DNA of 63,563 bases, filler included, from Collodictyon triciliatum (GCA_043381765.1; 11 parts of 11 records of this genome joined end to end with filler, not necessarily neighbours in it), one strand, 5' to 3'. Shown: positions 42,501-52,807, counted from the whole stretch's first letter. Program-made: numbers and translations. Notes: generated from the sequence alone by a model not told the origin.

Positions 42501-45197
42501 ATCCATGTCCAAGGCTTTCTTTGCAAATCCGAGTGCCTCGTCAACGTCACTGATGCCATAATTTATAGAGTCCAATTGGAGTCTTAGAACAGTGGATTTT
42601 GCATGTGCTATGCTATCGACCTATGACCGCGAGTGCGAATAGACGAAAAAAATGACATTAAATTCTGGTGGCATCCATTGATTCATCTTGGGCACAACCT
42701 TCAAAATAAGTGCTAGAGGTCAAAATGGGATTAAAAGTATTCCCTGATTTTAATAGGGCATATGTTATGGATGAGAAAAATACTTGGTTTGATAGGGCAG
42801 CCTCTCGTTCACGAAGTTTTTCAATTAAGCCAGAGAAGTACTGGTGGATGTTTTCCTGCACGATTTAAAGTAAACTTATATTGTCAGCAATAAATGTAAA
42901 TGTGTAAGACTGAAAATAAAAAATAAAAAAAAGGGGGCGTATTATTGTTTGAATCTCTCTTGCATATTCTTATTTAAGATTCCATTGAATCAATACGTAT
43001 ATAGATACAGCATTGGTATTAAATGAAAGGATTTACCCTGGTTTGGGCAGCTCTTTTTTGCAGAAGCTCTGATGTGTGATTTATCTTTTGGACTGCTGCT
43101 TGTTTGATTAATTTTCTCTCTTGAACTTTGACGATATTTTGGCTCAGTATGGAACGTTGTGTGCGTGCAGCCTATGTTTTATTCAAATAAAAAAAAAGTG
43201 CAAATAATACATGATAATTTGGCGCAGATAACCGTCTTTCTATGAAGTGATATGAAGACTTTGACTTTCATGACATGTAATCGCGTGTCACCAGGTCGCA
43301 ATATGATACAGATAACCAACAAAGATTTAAGACCTTATCAATGGCTTCGCGCGGGTGATGTACATGGTGATCATCCAAGCACAGTGAACAGACTAAAATC
43401 TTGCATGATAGACAAAAAAAGACCAAGGAATGGTCTGGATGCTCAGTACATGGTTGGGGTCGATGAAGCTCGTTCACAGAGACTTTTGAAAGCTCCTTCA
43501 CATGATGTTTTGAGGTAGCAAGTAAGCGAGGATGAGCCAAGTGACAAAATTGGCAGAGTAACCTAAATGATGCAACTGAATGAATGTAATAGAAAGAGTA
43601 GGGAAAGGATACAGTAATATGATTCCTATTGCAGAGCATGTACCAAACAAACAGTACGTACACATAAGACGTTAGGATAATCAAAGAAATGTATCCGGAA
43701 ATATGACCACGCAAAGATAAATATGGATGAAAATATAAAGAAATATGTAAACAAGGTGATAGGTGAGCATAAAAGTGTGGTAATTAAACAAAGAATATAA
43801 AACATAGAAAACCACAAAGGATGATAAGGAACACACCAACAACCGTCTAAACAGACGCTGACTGCGAGTTCATTGCAGCTCGTGCAATATAGCGGAGCTG
43901 CGTTTGGGTCCGAGGCCCACAGCTGTATTTGAGCGGCATCAACCAGATTCATCTGCAGCCTGGCAGGAGGAAGGCGGTCCACATCGTAAGGCACAATCAC
44001 CTCCTCTGCGCAAGCAGGACAAACAAGTGTGGCAGCGGTTTTTGGGGTGGTCTGACTTTGAGCCTGAGTTTGGGTTTGAGTTTGAATCTGAGTCTGAGTC
44101 TGAGTCTGAGTCTGAGTCTGAGTCTGAGTCTGAGTCTGAGTCTGAGTCTGGTGTGTTATGATGGGAATCGGCTGAGAAGCCGCAACGATGGGCTGCTGAG
44201 CTGGCGCGCCCAGTTCCGGAGAGAGGCTGACAGGATTTGCAGAAGCGGCCGCATGGGCAAGATTTGGGTTTGAGGAGGACTGAGGCGAAAGCGTTGTGGA
44301 CGAGCCGATGGAATGGACAGCAGAGCCGGAGGAGGAGAGAGCCTCGAAGCCTCTGCCCTCCTTGAGACTGGAGCCCAGGAGGTTTTCATCTGCAGCAAGC
44401 TCCTTGTCCTTCTCCGCGCCAATCTGAATCAAAGCGCGGAGACAACTCGCACACGCAGCATGGAGACACGGCGTGAGTCTGGGGTCGGCCATAAGGCGCT
44501 TGCATGCAGGACACGTGACTTGGCTGCGGAGCGCAGGCTCGAGACGGGAAAGGTCAAAGTCCAGTCCCTGGCGGATGGGCGGATGCATGGGGTGATGAAA
44601 ATGATGGGCGTGATATTGGTGATGCTGATGCTGGTGCTGTTGTTGGATACTGTGCGACTCGCTGCGAGTCAAGGACCGGGGTTGATGTGTAGTTACGGCC
44701 GCGCCCACACTCGCACTCAGCTTCGAGCTGGACGAGCCCTTGTTGGAAGAAAGCGGGTCGCCGGGCGGGATGCGGGGCGGCGTTCCCGGGATGGCATGGT
44801 TGGGCGGGGCCGCGATGCCGAACGTCGCGATGGACGAGAACAGCGAGGCCTTTGGCTTCCCCGGGTTGCCCGGCGCGGCAGGCGGCGCAGAAGGCGTGAA
44901 GGGCGATGCGCGGCCGAACGGAAGACTCGCCAGCGTGAAGAAGTCTGCGCGGCTCGGCGTGGCGGGGCCGTGTGTGCTCGGGCTCTGCAGCGGCGCCATC
45001 GGCGGCGGCATTTGGATGCGCGGCGCGGCGGTGCTCTCGCGGGGCGATGGGAAACTTGTGCGCGGTGCGGCGGCCTCTGCGTCCAGTGTGGTTGATGTTG
45101 CTGATGGTGTTGTTGATGGTGTTGTTGATGATGGTGTTGGTGGAGTTATTGTTATCGATGCTGCTGCACGCTCTTCATGGCCTGTGTCCCCGGGCAT
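39588..45197 (-). CDS. TRIM-NHL E3 ligase-like protein (RING, B-box1, B-box2, coiled coil, Filamin, NHL repeats)
   Basis: RING CPAC..PCLHAACASC...CPAC; B-box1 CTSC..C..C; B-box2 CTEHPDHSLVFFCLSCKILVCSLCLDDHHVH; coiled coil (FSGLIEKLREREAAL); Filamin-like DGSYIISYMPKVEGLHTISILINGEMVSGSPFK; multiple NHL repeats (GQFQFPRGVAVD..VADRNNHRIQMF). Confidence 0.93.
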
Positions 45198-45493
45198 GGC
45201 TGGATTGTTGCGGTCTGGTGAGGTTTTTTTTTTTTTGGTTTTTTTGGTTTTTTTGGTGTTTTGTGTGTTTTGTGTGTTTTGTGTGTTTTGTGTGTTTTGT
45301 GTTTTTTGTGTTTTTTGTGTTTTTTGTGTTTTTTGTGTTTTTTGTGTTTTTTGTGTTTTTTGTGTTTTTTGTGTTTTTTGTGTTTTTTTTGTTNNNNNNN
45401 NNNNNNNNNNNNNNNNNNNNNNNNNNNNNNNNNNNNNTTAATTAATTAANNNNNNNNNNNNNNNNNNNNNNNNNNNNNNNNNNNNNNNNNNNN

Positions 45494-45587
<94 letters not shown>

Positions 45588-45854
45588 GAAGAAAACGAAA
45601 AAGAAAAGAAAGAAAAGAAAGAAAAGAAAGAAAAGAAAGAAAAGAAAGAAAAAAGAAAAAAGAAAAAAGAAAAAAGAAAGAAAGAAAGAAAGAGAGTAAG
45701 AAAGAAAGGAAAAAGAAAGAAAGAAAAAAAGAAAGGAAGGAAGAAAGAAAGAGAGGTCACGTCAGGAAGGGAGAGGGGAGCTTGGACATGGGCGTGGACA
45801 TGAAACGCTACAGCGTATTGCAGTGTTCGATCAAGAGAGGAAGAAGAGACGTAC

Positions 45855-46116
45855 TCTGGTAGTAGAAGTATCCAGCAGCACCGAGAATGGCTGCACCTCC
45901 GACACCAACACCCACGCTGACGACAATGGCCACGTCGTTGTTGTCGCCGTCCTTTTCCTGCTTCTTGGATCTGGACTGCGACTCAGATTCGGATTCGGTC
46001 AGCGAGGGCGTCGGCGACTGGGTCTCGGCCGCTGCCGGCGCGGTGGTGGCAGTGCAGGTGAGCAGCAGCAGGGCGAGCAGCCCCACGGTCAGGGCGATGT
46101 GGCGGAGCTGAGGCAT
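45855..46116 (-). CDS. First exon of a host small type-I membrane protein
   Basis: MPQLRHIALTVGLLALLLLTC (signal peptide), S/T/E-rich stalk, TM VAIVVSVGVGVGGAAILGAAGYFYY, then a GTACGT donor; GC-rich like other host exons. Confidence 0.65.
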
Positions 46117-46579
46117 CTGGTGCGTGTGGGTGTGTGTGATGTTTGTACGCTCTAAGAGTGTGTCTCCCTTCAAACAGCGCGGACGGAGGTTTTGTCTTGT
46201 TCTATTCCCCATTTGTTCTTTGTAAATACTTTCGTACTTTTTTTGTTTTTGATTTCAATGTATACTTAACGTTAAGTATATAGGGATATGTCACTTCGAG
46301 CCAAGAACTCCGAAATTTCAGCTGAGACCTATTTGCTGATACTTTATTTGGTATGTTGGAGAATATAGCCCTGACACTGGAAGATTGTGCTGATGACAGG
46401 CGAGACTGCAAACCCTAACATGCAAGCATAGATTCATATTCCAGTTATTATTATATAGATTATGTAAGCTGGGGCAGAAAAATTCATATGAGCCTTGTGC
46501 ACTTGTGTCGTTATGCAGTAACAACATTTCCTAAGGCGATGCTTGGCCCTACCACCGACCCACCGACCCAGCGAAATGT

Positions 46580-46877
46580 CTACCATAAATAATTCCAACT
46601 CCAATATAACGCACTGGTAGGGTCATCCTTAATTTTTACATATTATGCTCGAAAGCGTGACCTGAAATTCTTCAAGCGCTTTTTTTTCATTATGGTCTAA
46701 GTGCGAATTCTGTTTAAACTTATCTTTGTACTGCTCCGTCGATACATCCCCAAACCACACCGGTGAACGTAAGCCAGCGTCTTTTATATAAACCACATAC
46801 TTATGTTTGTCGTTGTTTGCTTTCCTAACTCTATATACCTTATTATTTATTTTATTTCTTTGAACCAATCCATACAT
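46580..46877 (-). pseudogene. DUF5754-like viral protein (1 frameshift, 1 in-frame TAA)
   Basis: KVYRVRKANNDKHKYVVYI..VWFGD..EQYKD..LDHNEKK. Removing one A from the A-run at ~46685 gives RLKNFRSRFRA*YVKIKDDPTSALYWSWNYLW*. The KKY.V...FG...Y.D..H....R...R..S.YWS..LW pattern matches this family of small giant-virus/PLV proteins as I recall it. Confidence 0.7.
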
Positions 46878-46879
46878 TA

Positions 46880-47044
46880 TTAAATATTTATTTTTTCCAA
46901 GTCATTCTCAGGACTAGGCTCACGCGTTTCCATCACGCTACCACAACACTGAGACTTGCGAACGTGTTTTAAATAATACTTCATCGCTCGCTCAGCAATC
47001 AGACACAATTTAATTATCAACGAAACAATCAGAACCGGGTCCAT
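46880..47044 (-). CDS. Small viral membrane protein with a KSxCCG motif (54 aa)
   Basis: MDPVLIVSLIIKLCLIAERAMKYYLKHVRKSQCCGSVMETREPSPENDLEKINI*: an N-terminal hydrophobic helix followed by a basic-CCG motif; packed 2 nt from the next gene. Confidence 0.6.
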   Translation of the reverse strand: MDPVLIVSLIIKLCLIAERAMKYYLKHVRKSQCCGSVMETREPSPENDLEKINI

Positions 47045-47049
47045 AATAT

Positions 47050-48715
47050 AAAAAAAAGAAAAGTATTGAACGCCATATAAATGCCAAGCAAACCCACCCG
47101 CGACTATATCTATAAAAACACACTTCCAATCTGTATCCAGTTCCAGCAGCAAGCGCAGTAGTTGCTCCTCCATTTTCGGCTACTGTTACCAAGGCATTAG
47201 CTTCCACAATAACCACAGCACTAAGCATCATTTTTAAAAGTAACGCTTCTCGTTACGCCTGTTGAAGTTTCAAGGTAAAATGGAAAACCATCACAGTCTT
47301 CTTGACTGCCACCATATGTAACTAAATTTTTAAATTCAACTGTAGTAGCAGTCGCACGCGTTAAAAAAACTTCCTCTGGTATACTTTGGTCTATAAAGAA
47401 AGTAACACCGGTAAACTTGGTATTAGTTGCTCTCTGTTTATAAACACTACAGTCAATAACAACCCAGTAAAGAGTTCCACTATTCCAAACAAACACACCT
47501 GTCATTCTAAACTCATTCATCGGTCTTGAAAATGTAAATTGCTTGTTTGCTGTTACGGTAGTTACACCTATTGCCCCACTCCTGACTTTAATTACTGTTC
47601 CAATCAGCGCGCATGTAAGCCGGACACCAAAATTGTTTAAGTCCCCAGTTAATAAAAATTCAAACATAAACCCATCATATGTAGAACCCATGTTCCCCAA
47701 TGTAATTTCTTTTTGTGATGAAATAGAATTTGAAATGAGTGTTGTTGCTGGTGCTATGTTATTGGAATCATAAACATATGAAGTACTACTATTAGGTGCA
47801 ATTATTACGGCTTTCCTGGCTACCTGAGGTGTTGTAATATTCTCTGATATTGTTCCAGTGACTGTTAAATTTCCTGTGACTGTACAAGCCCCGGTGTTAT
47901 CAACAGTCAAGCGATTCACACGGGCAGGAAGAGTTGATGAAGATTTTGTCCCAGCTCCACTAAATACAATTTGATTATTTTTTACTTCAACAGCCATCGA
48001 ACTAGCATTTGTTTTTCCTGTTTCACTGTTTGTATTACTAAATACTAGATCTAATGAAGTTTGTGCATGGTTAGCTGAGGCTATGTCAATATTGCTACCA
48101 CCAGTCACCGCAGTAGTGACTGAATTTAAAATACGAGGAACATCTGATACAAACTGAAAATTTGACTGAGAATTTCCATTTGATCTTATTGGATTCCCTC
48201 CTGGCAGTCGTATACCTCCTCCAATAAAAGAACAAACTTGTGACCCTTGTGCTGAAACTTGTACACCAGTGCTTGCTCCAATAAATACTTCAGAAAACCC
48301 CTTTGTGTGGTACCAAAAGTTAATGATGGGGTTGACACTGTCCCAGCTTGCAAATTAATGGGACCATTGGTCCAAGATGCATTTGACCCGTCAGTGGATA
48401 ATAGGCGTACTGCATTACCTGTTTGACTTGGTAATTCCGATGGAGTTAGATCCCATGAAACTACAGTTCCATTCGTTTTAAAAATTTATTAGCCTGGCCG
48501 GCCTGTGAGGGCAATACTCCATCTACTGGTGTGTACTCGTACTCGGTTGCCTGGGGGTTTACTTGTAAAATTTTTTTGGCGTCAGCTGTCGTAATTGTTG
48601 GCAAAATAAAAGATGATTCTGTTGGGTCGGTATACTCACCGTTGATACCATCTGTTTTAAAAGAATAATCATAAGGATATCTGCTTGAATTTGATCCGAT
48701 TTCATATGCGGTCAT
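47050..48715 (-). pseudogene. Virion fibre / tail-fibre-like protein, frameshifted
   Basis: ORFs 48715-48461 and 48108-47221 join after single-base corrections in homopolymers at ~48480 and ~48295. This reveals tandem LPSQAGQANKFLKTNGTVVSW / LPSQTGNAVRLLSTDGSNASW repeats and RLTVDNTGACTVTGNLTVTGTI beta repeats. It probably continues past 47221 in another frame. Confidence 0.7.
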
Positions 48716-48731
48716 ATAAAAGCATATAAAA

Positions 48732-49610
48732 TTATTCTACTGGAACGAGTTTGAGTGTAATATCTACAGACGCACTTTGAGGCCAGTTAACAAGATTGTT
48801 ATACTGGTCTATAAATGAAATGTTGAATCGTGTCGGTAGCACAGAAAATACAAGCTGGGTAAATTCTTCTTGACTTTTTTCAATAAACGTATATTAGTAT
48901 TTGCTATTACTTAGATTCAATGGACACCAATATGCAATATCAAAGCGCTCGGGCACATCTGTATTATAATTTAAATTTGTAATTCCCTGGATAGTCATAA
49001 AAAATATGCATAGGGTTGTAAATTTCCAGGGTTTGGAAGAAATGCTCGCGTGTTTGTGGTTATTGGTAAATCAAAAAATGAATTATAATTTAGACCAAAA
49101 CAGTAAGCGCCACCAAATCCAAATTCACCTGCGTACTGAGATAGTGCATAATTTGATACAATACGGATTTTGGTATTTGGTGAATCAGTCACAGTTTGCA
49201 TGTCAAAGTGAAAACGATTATGAATATCATCATACCCCATTACATAAGTATCTATAGTGGCACACCTAATATTCCATTAATAACACCAACAACCGCTTGA
49301 GCGTATTGACTGGTGGTATAAGTTCCAACAGGTATTGTAACTACATAGGTGTTAATTACAGCATCTGTAGATATGTTAATTGATTGTATAGTAAAAGAGT
49401 TATAATTATACGAGCTACTAACTTGATCTATTGTCGTCGGATAGTATACATTTTTAATATATAGATTATATGCCTTGTTTTTGATAACTGGGAAATCAGA
49501 AAAATCGAAAGTGAAATTGTTTTTGACCCACTCACTCGTTTTGATTCCGAATTAATAAAAAGGTAATTTGCTTCATTCACGCGTTTTTCATCTAAAAGTC
49601 GTCGTTGCAT
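48732..49610 (-). pseudogene. Minor capsid protein (penton, single jelly-roll)-like; 3 frameshifts + 1 internal stop
   Basis: Reconstructed: NYLFINSESKRVSGSKNNFTFDF..LYIKNVYYPTTIDQV..VVTIPVGTYTTSQYAQAV..MGYDDIHNRFHF..GNLQPYAYF.MTIQG..PTRFNISFIDQYNNLVNWPQSASVDITLKLVPVE*. The I.S..R..G...F, IP.G.Y and I...D....L motifs fit PLV/virophage pentons. Confidence 0.72.
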
Positions 49611-49642
49611 ACTTGTGCCAATATTTTTTCTTTATTAAATTA

Positions 49643-50017
49643 ATGGAGCCCGAATATGAAGACGAGCAATCTTTATCCCAAGCTGTACCTGAACGAAAAG
49701 TGAAACGAACAATAACTGATAAACAATTGAAAAATTTGGAACTGATGAGGCAGAAGAAGATGGCAAAGAAGGAAGCGTCGGAAATGATTGCGGAATCCGT
49801 AAGAAATTCGGCGAGGGAGGCAGATGCCGAGGAATTCTCCAGTTTAAAAAATGAATTAGCGGAGATTAAAAAAACTTTCCCAGGAAATATCCAAACCCAA
49901 GCAAAAAAAAAATCCGCCCCAGTCAAAAGGAAAAGAATTGTAGTTGAAGAATCAGAAATAGATTATGAGCCTGAGAAATATTCCAATCCTTACCTTATGC
50001 ATCTAGTTCGAAGATAA
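49643..50017 (+). CDS. Viral charged/coiled-coil protein (124 aa)
   Basis: MEPEYEDE..KVKRTITDKQLKNLELMRQKKMAKKE..ELAEIKK; intron-less, inserted in the opposite orientation between mCP and MCP with 32-nt and 12-nt gaps. Confidence 0.7.
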   Translation: MEPEYEDEQSLSQAVPERKVKRTITDKQLKNLELMRQKKMAKKEASEMIAESVRNSAREADAEEFSSLKNELAEIKKTFPGNIQTQAKKKSAPVKRKRIVVEESEIDYEPEKYSNPYLMHLVRR

Positions 50018-50029
50018 ATTAATTTTTTG

Positions 50030-51868
50030 TTAATGAAAAAATAATTTAATAAAGTACTTAGCATTGTCCTTTCCAATATCCAGGACACGAGTATGCTCAA
50101 TAATGACCCAACATGTGTATTCGTCAAATGGTGTAAGTCTAGATCTAGCAGCAGGAACAGCAGCAGTACCATTAGCTGTAATGCTGGATGATTCTACACT
50201 ATTTGTGTTTCCAAATTGCAGACCGACCTGTATTATTCCAGAATTTGAAGAAGCATTGTATCCCGACAACTCAAATTCGTCACTGTAGTCACTTCGAGTC
50301 ATTGACCAACCAATAGCAAAAAGAGTCGGTGTTTTCCAATAGGTTTCTTCACAATACAATGGATGAACAGCATTTAATGTATTGGATGCCGTGAATTGTT
50401 GTTGATACACCGCTTTGTTTGATGCATAAAACATACCCTGTCCTGAGTAAGAAGTTATAACGTTTGTTGATGCAGGAACTAATGCAGCAGCGCCAGTAGT
50501 AATATTATCTGTTGCGACTCTATTAAAATTGACTTGGCCAATAATTTCAGCTGAGGTATTGTATCCTAGCGCTTTCATGAGATATGTAAGCGACTCTGGA
50601 CAGTAATTATTGCAAACGCCAACAACTCCACTAGTTAAAAGTCCATTCTTTGCTGAAATAGCAACAGTAGGTTGGTTAGCGTATCCCGCATTTGCGAATT
50701 GTATTGGCACAGACGGCTGAATTTTACCATTAACAGTAAGCCGAGCCTGAGACAAGCCCTCTGGAAAGTGAAGACGGTTCGTGCCAAGATATGTTACATT
50801 ACCAGTCTCAACCCCCCGAGTAAAAATACAATAGACAGCATTGATATTTGAGTACTGCACTGAAATATTTTGATTGACCCAGCCTGAAAAATTTCGAGCA
50901 ATAGGAAACTGTGTTACAAAATAAGTCTCAATAGGAATCTGCAAATTGTTGGATACAAGATATTGACTTAGAGCATTATTATACGATGATTCTGTTTGGA
51001 TGTAATTAATATTCATTCTAATGTCTGAGAATCGATACTGCAAATTATTTAATGAAGAACCTACCCAGGTATTATAATCAAAAAGTGTTGCAGTAGCAGC
51101 TATAGGAGATGTTAATACACCTTGCGTAAATAAATCGGATGAGGGTGTCATCCAATTACGAATTTCAAGCGTATTTGGGCCTAGAAGATAAGCCGGCAAA
51201 AGCGTTTTAATATTCATCAACCCAAGGTATCGCAGTGGAAAAGAAATCTGTAATTTAGCAGATTTTGCATTATTTGCATTTAATCCAGTCGGATACGTTT
51301 CAGCTCCCAACAATAATGCTTTACTTCGGTCCAAAATAGATTGTGAAAGTCCCATACTACCCGACATTAAATTACACCAGTTAGCATTGTTACAATAATT
51401 GCGCTTGAAGCTGCTCTCAAGGAAGTTATAGTTGTCTATGCGTTCCAACTCACTTCCATTGAGATATACAGCAATGCGATATATCATGCTTTCCCAACTT
51501 TCAGCTTGAGCTAAAATGGGATATCTAATTAGCTGTCCTGCAGTTACAGGTAAAACTGCTTCACTTGCTCTTAAATATTTTAAAAATAATGTTGATTGAT
51601 TTCCTATGGCATTACCTGCATCAGTTACAAAAAGCAAGGGGTCCACTTGTTCGCATTGTATGTTTCCAGTTATCCAAGAACTGTCCATTTGAATGCTCCA
51701 TTCATTGTCAATTGGAACCCTAAATACAATTTGAGGGCCAGATGAAAAATTTGCAACTTGCTCGGTTCCGTTTGACGGAAGAACATGTCTTTGTTGTTTT
51801 TCAAGGATAGTTTTTTTCTTGGATGAAATATTTCTGAATTGCAGTTCTTCGGGTAGTGAGTCCATCAT
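50030..51868 (-). CDS. Major capsid protein, Polinton-like-virus type (predicted double jelly-roll), 612 aa
   Basis: Uninterrupted intron-less ORF with MCP-like motifs: N-terminal LPEELQF, PSNG..F...QIVFRVP, SMIYRIAVYLNGSELERIDNYN, FPL..LGLM..KTLLPAYLLG..LEI, YRFSDIRMNINYI, LQIPIETY, SNINAVYCIF, LTVNGKIQPSVPI, FAIG, C-terminal HTRVLDI. Confidence 0.82.
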   Translation of the reverse strand: MMDSLPEELQFRNISSKKKTILEKQQRHVLPSNGTEQVANFSSGPQIVFRVPIDNEWSIQMDSSWITGNIQCEQVDPLLFVTDAGNAIGNQSTLFLKYLRASEAVLPVTAGQLIRYPILAQAESWESMIYRIAVYLNGSELERIDNYNFLESSFKRNYCNNANWCNLMSGSMGLSQSILDRSKALLLGAETYPTGLNANNAKSAKLQISFPLRYLGLMNIKTLLPAYLLGPNTLEIRNWMTPSSDLFTQGVLTSPIAATATLFDYNTWVGSSLNNLQYRFSDIRMNINYIQTESSYNNALSQYLVSNNLQIPIETYFVTQFPIARNFSGWVNQNISVQYSNINAVYCIFTRGVETGNVTYLGTNRLHFPEGLSQARLTVNGKIQPSVPIQFANAGYANQPTVAISAKNGLLTSGVVGVCNNYCPESLTYLMKALGYNTSAEIIGQVNFNRVATDNITTGAAALVPASTNVITSYSGQGMFYASNKAVYQQQFTASNTLNAVHPLYCEETYWKTPTLFAIGWSMTRSDYSDEFELSGYNASSNSGIIQVGLQFGNTNSVESSSITANGTAAVPAARSRLTPFDEYTCWVIIEHTRVLDIGKDNAKYFIKLFFH

Positions 51869-52468
51869 ATTTTTAAAAAGAAAANNNNNNNNNNNNNNNN
51901 NNNNNNNNNNNNNNNNNNNNNNNNNNNNTTAATTAATTAANNNNNNNNNNNNNNNNNNNNNNNNNNNNNNNNNNNNNNNNNNNNTTTTTTTTTTTTCTTT
52001 TTTTTCTTTTTTTTCTTTTTTTCTTTTTTTCTTTTTTTTTTGTGTTAATGTTGTGTGATTTCTTGAAAAATACCGGTTCAGTTATAAAAAAAATTCCACA
52101 ACGGTCAAATATGGTACTTTCAATTGCGCTGGAGCTTTTTTCCACACGACCACTTTCTGATTAGTCAATATAGCTTAATTCTAACACACATTGTCCATTT
52201 TAATGAAATAGTCATTTAGATGCATTTTATGGCATATAAATTTAATATTATAATATATTTTCCATAATTAGTTAAGTAATCGTTGATAGCAAGTTTGGAT
52301 TTTTCTATATCTGGAAGAGGTTGGAGCGCACCTCCGGGCTTGACCAAGATTTACTCGGAGGAATCGCGCCCGCGACAGCGATCGAATTGGCCTCCAGCAA
52401 ACTTATCCAGAGACTCTGGCGTGTGAACCTGAGCTGCTCCCTGTTTCGCCCAGAGTGTGGCACCATGC

Positions 52469-52728
52469 AGACCGCCACACAGAAGGCTAGGTTGAAGCAG
52501 ATGGAACAGCTGGACATACTCGGGGGTCTTCTCCGTGGTTTGCTTTTCGTCACTAGCGCCGCGTCGGTGGCCAAACGGGCTGCAACAATCAAGTTTGTTT
52601 GGTTCCCATTCTGCTGCAGTGTTTCTACCTTTCAACACTAGTTTATCACTATCATCATCGTTATAAACTCGCTGCACTTTATATCGAATAAAGGAAAAAA
52701 ATTATCATTATCATTATTATCATTATTA

Positions 52729-52807
<79 letters not shown>

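Larger units (their letters stand above)
46550..51884 (-). mobile_element. Endogenous Polinton-like virus / virophage-like element, structural gene module (partial)
   Basis: Intron-less, AT-rich ORFs with very short intergenic gaps: MCP, penton-like mCP, fibre, TM-CCG protein, DUF5754-like gene. Cut by the contig end 16 nt upstream of the MCP start; the left boundary is approximate. Confidence 0.82.

Noticed and set aside
44313-45441. Long plus-strand ORFs (260 aa, 233 aa)
   Set aside because: Antisense shadows of the GC-rich first exon of the TRIM-NHL gene.
46640-48900. Alternative genetic code (TAA read as Gln) suggested by two in-frame TAA codons in viral genes
   Set aside because: TAA also terminates mCP, MCP and RPS17, and long ORFs lack internal TAA. 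Nonsense mutations are the simpler explanation.
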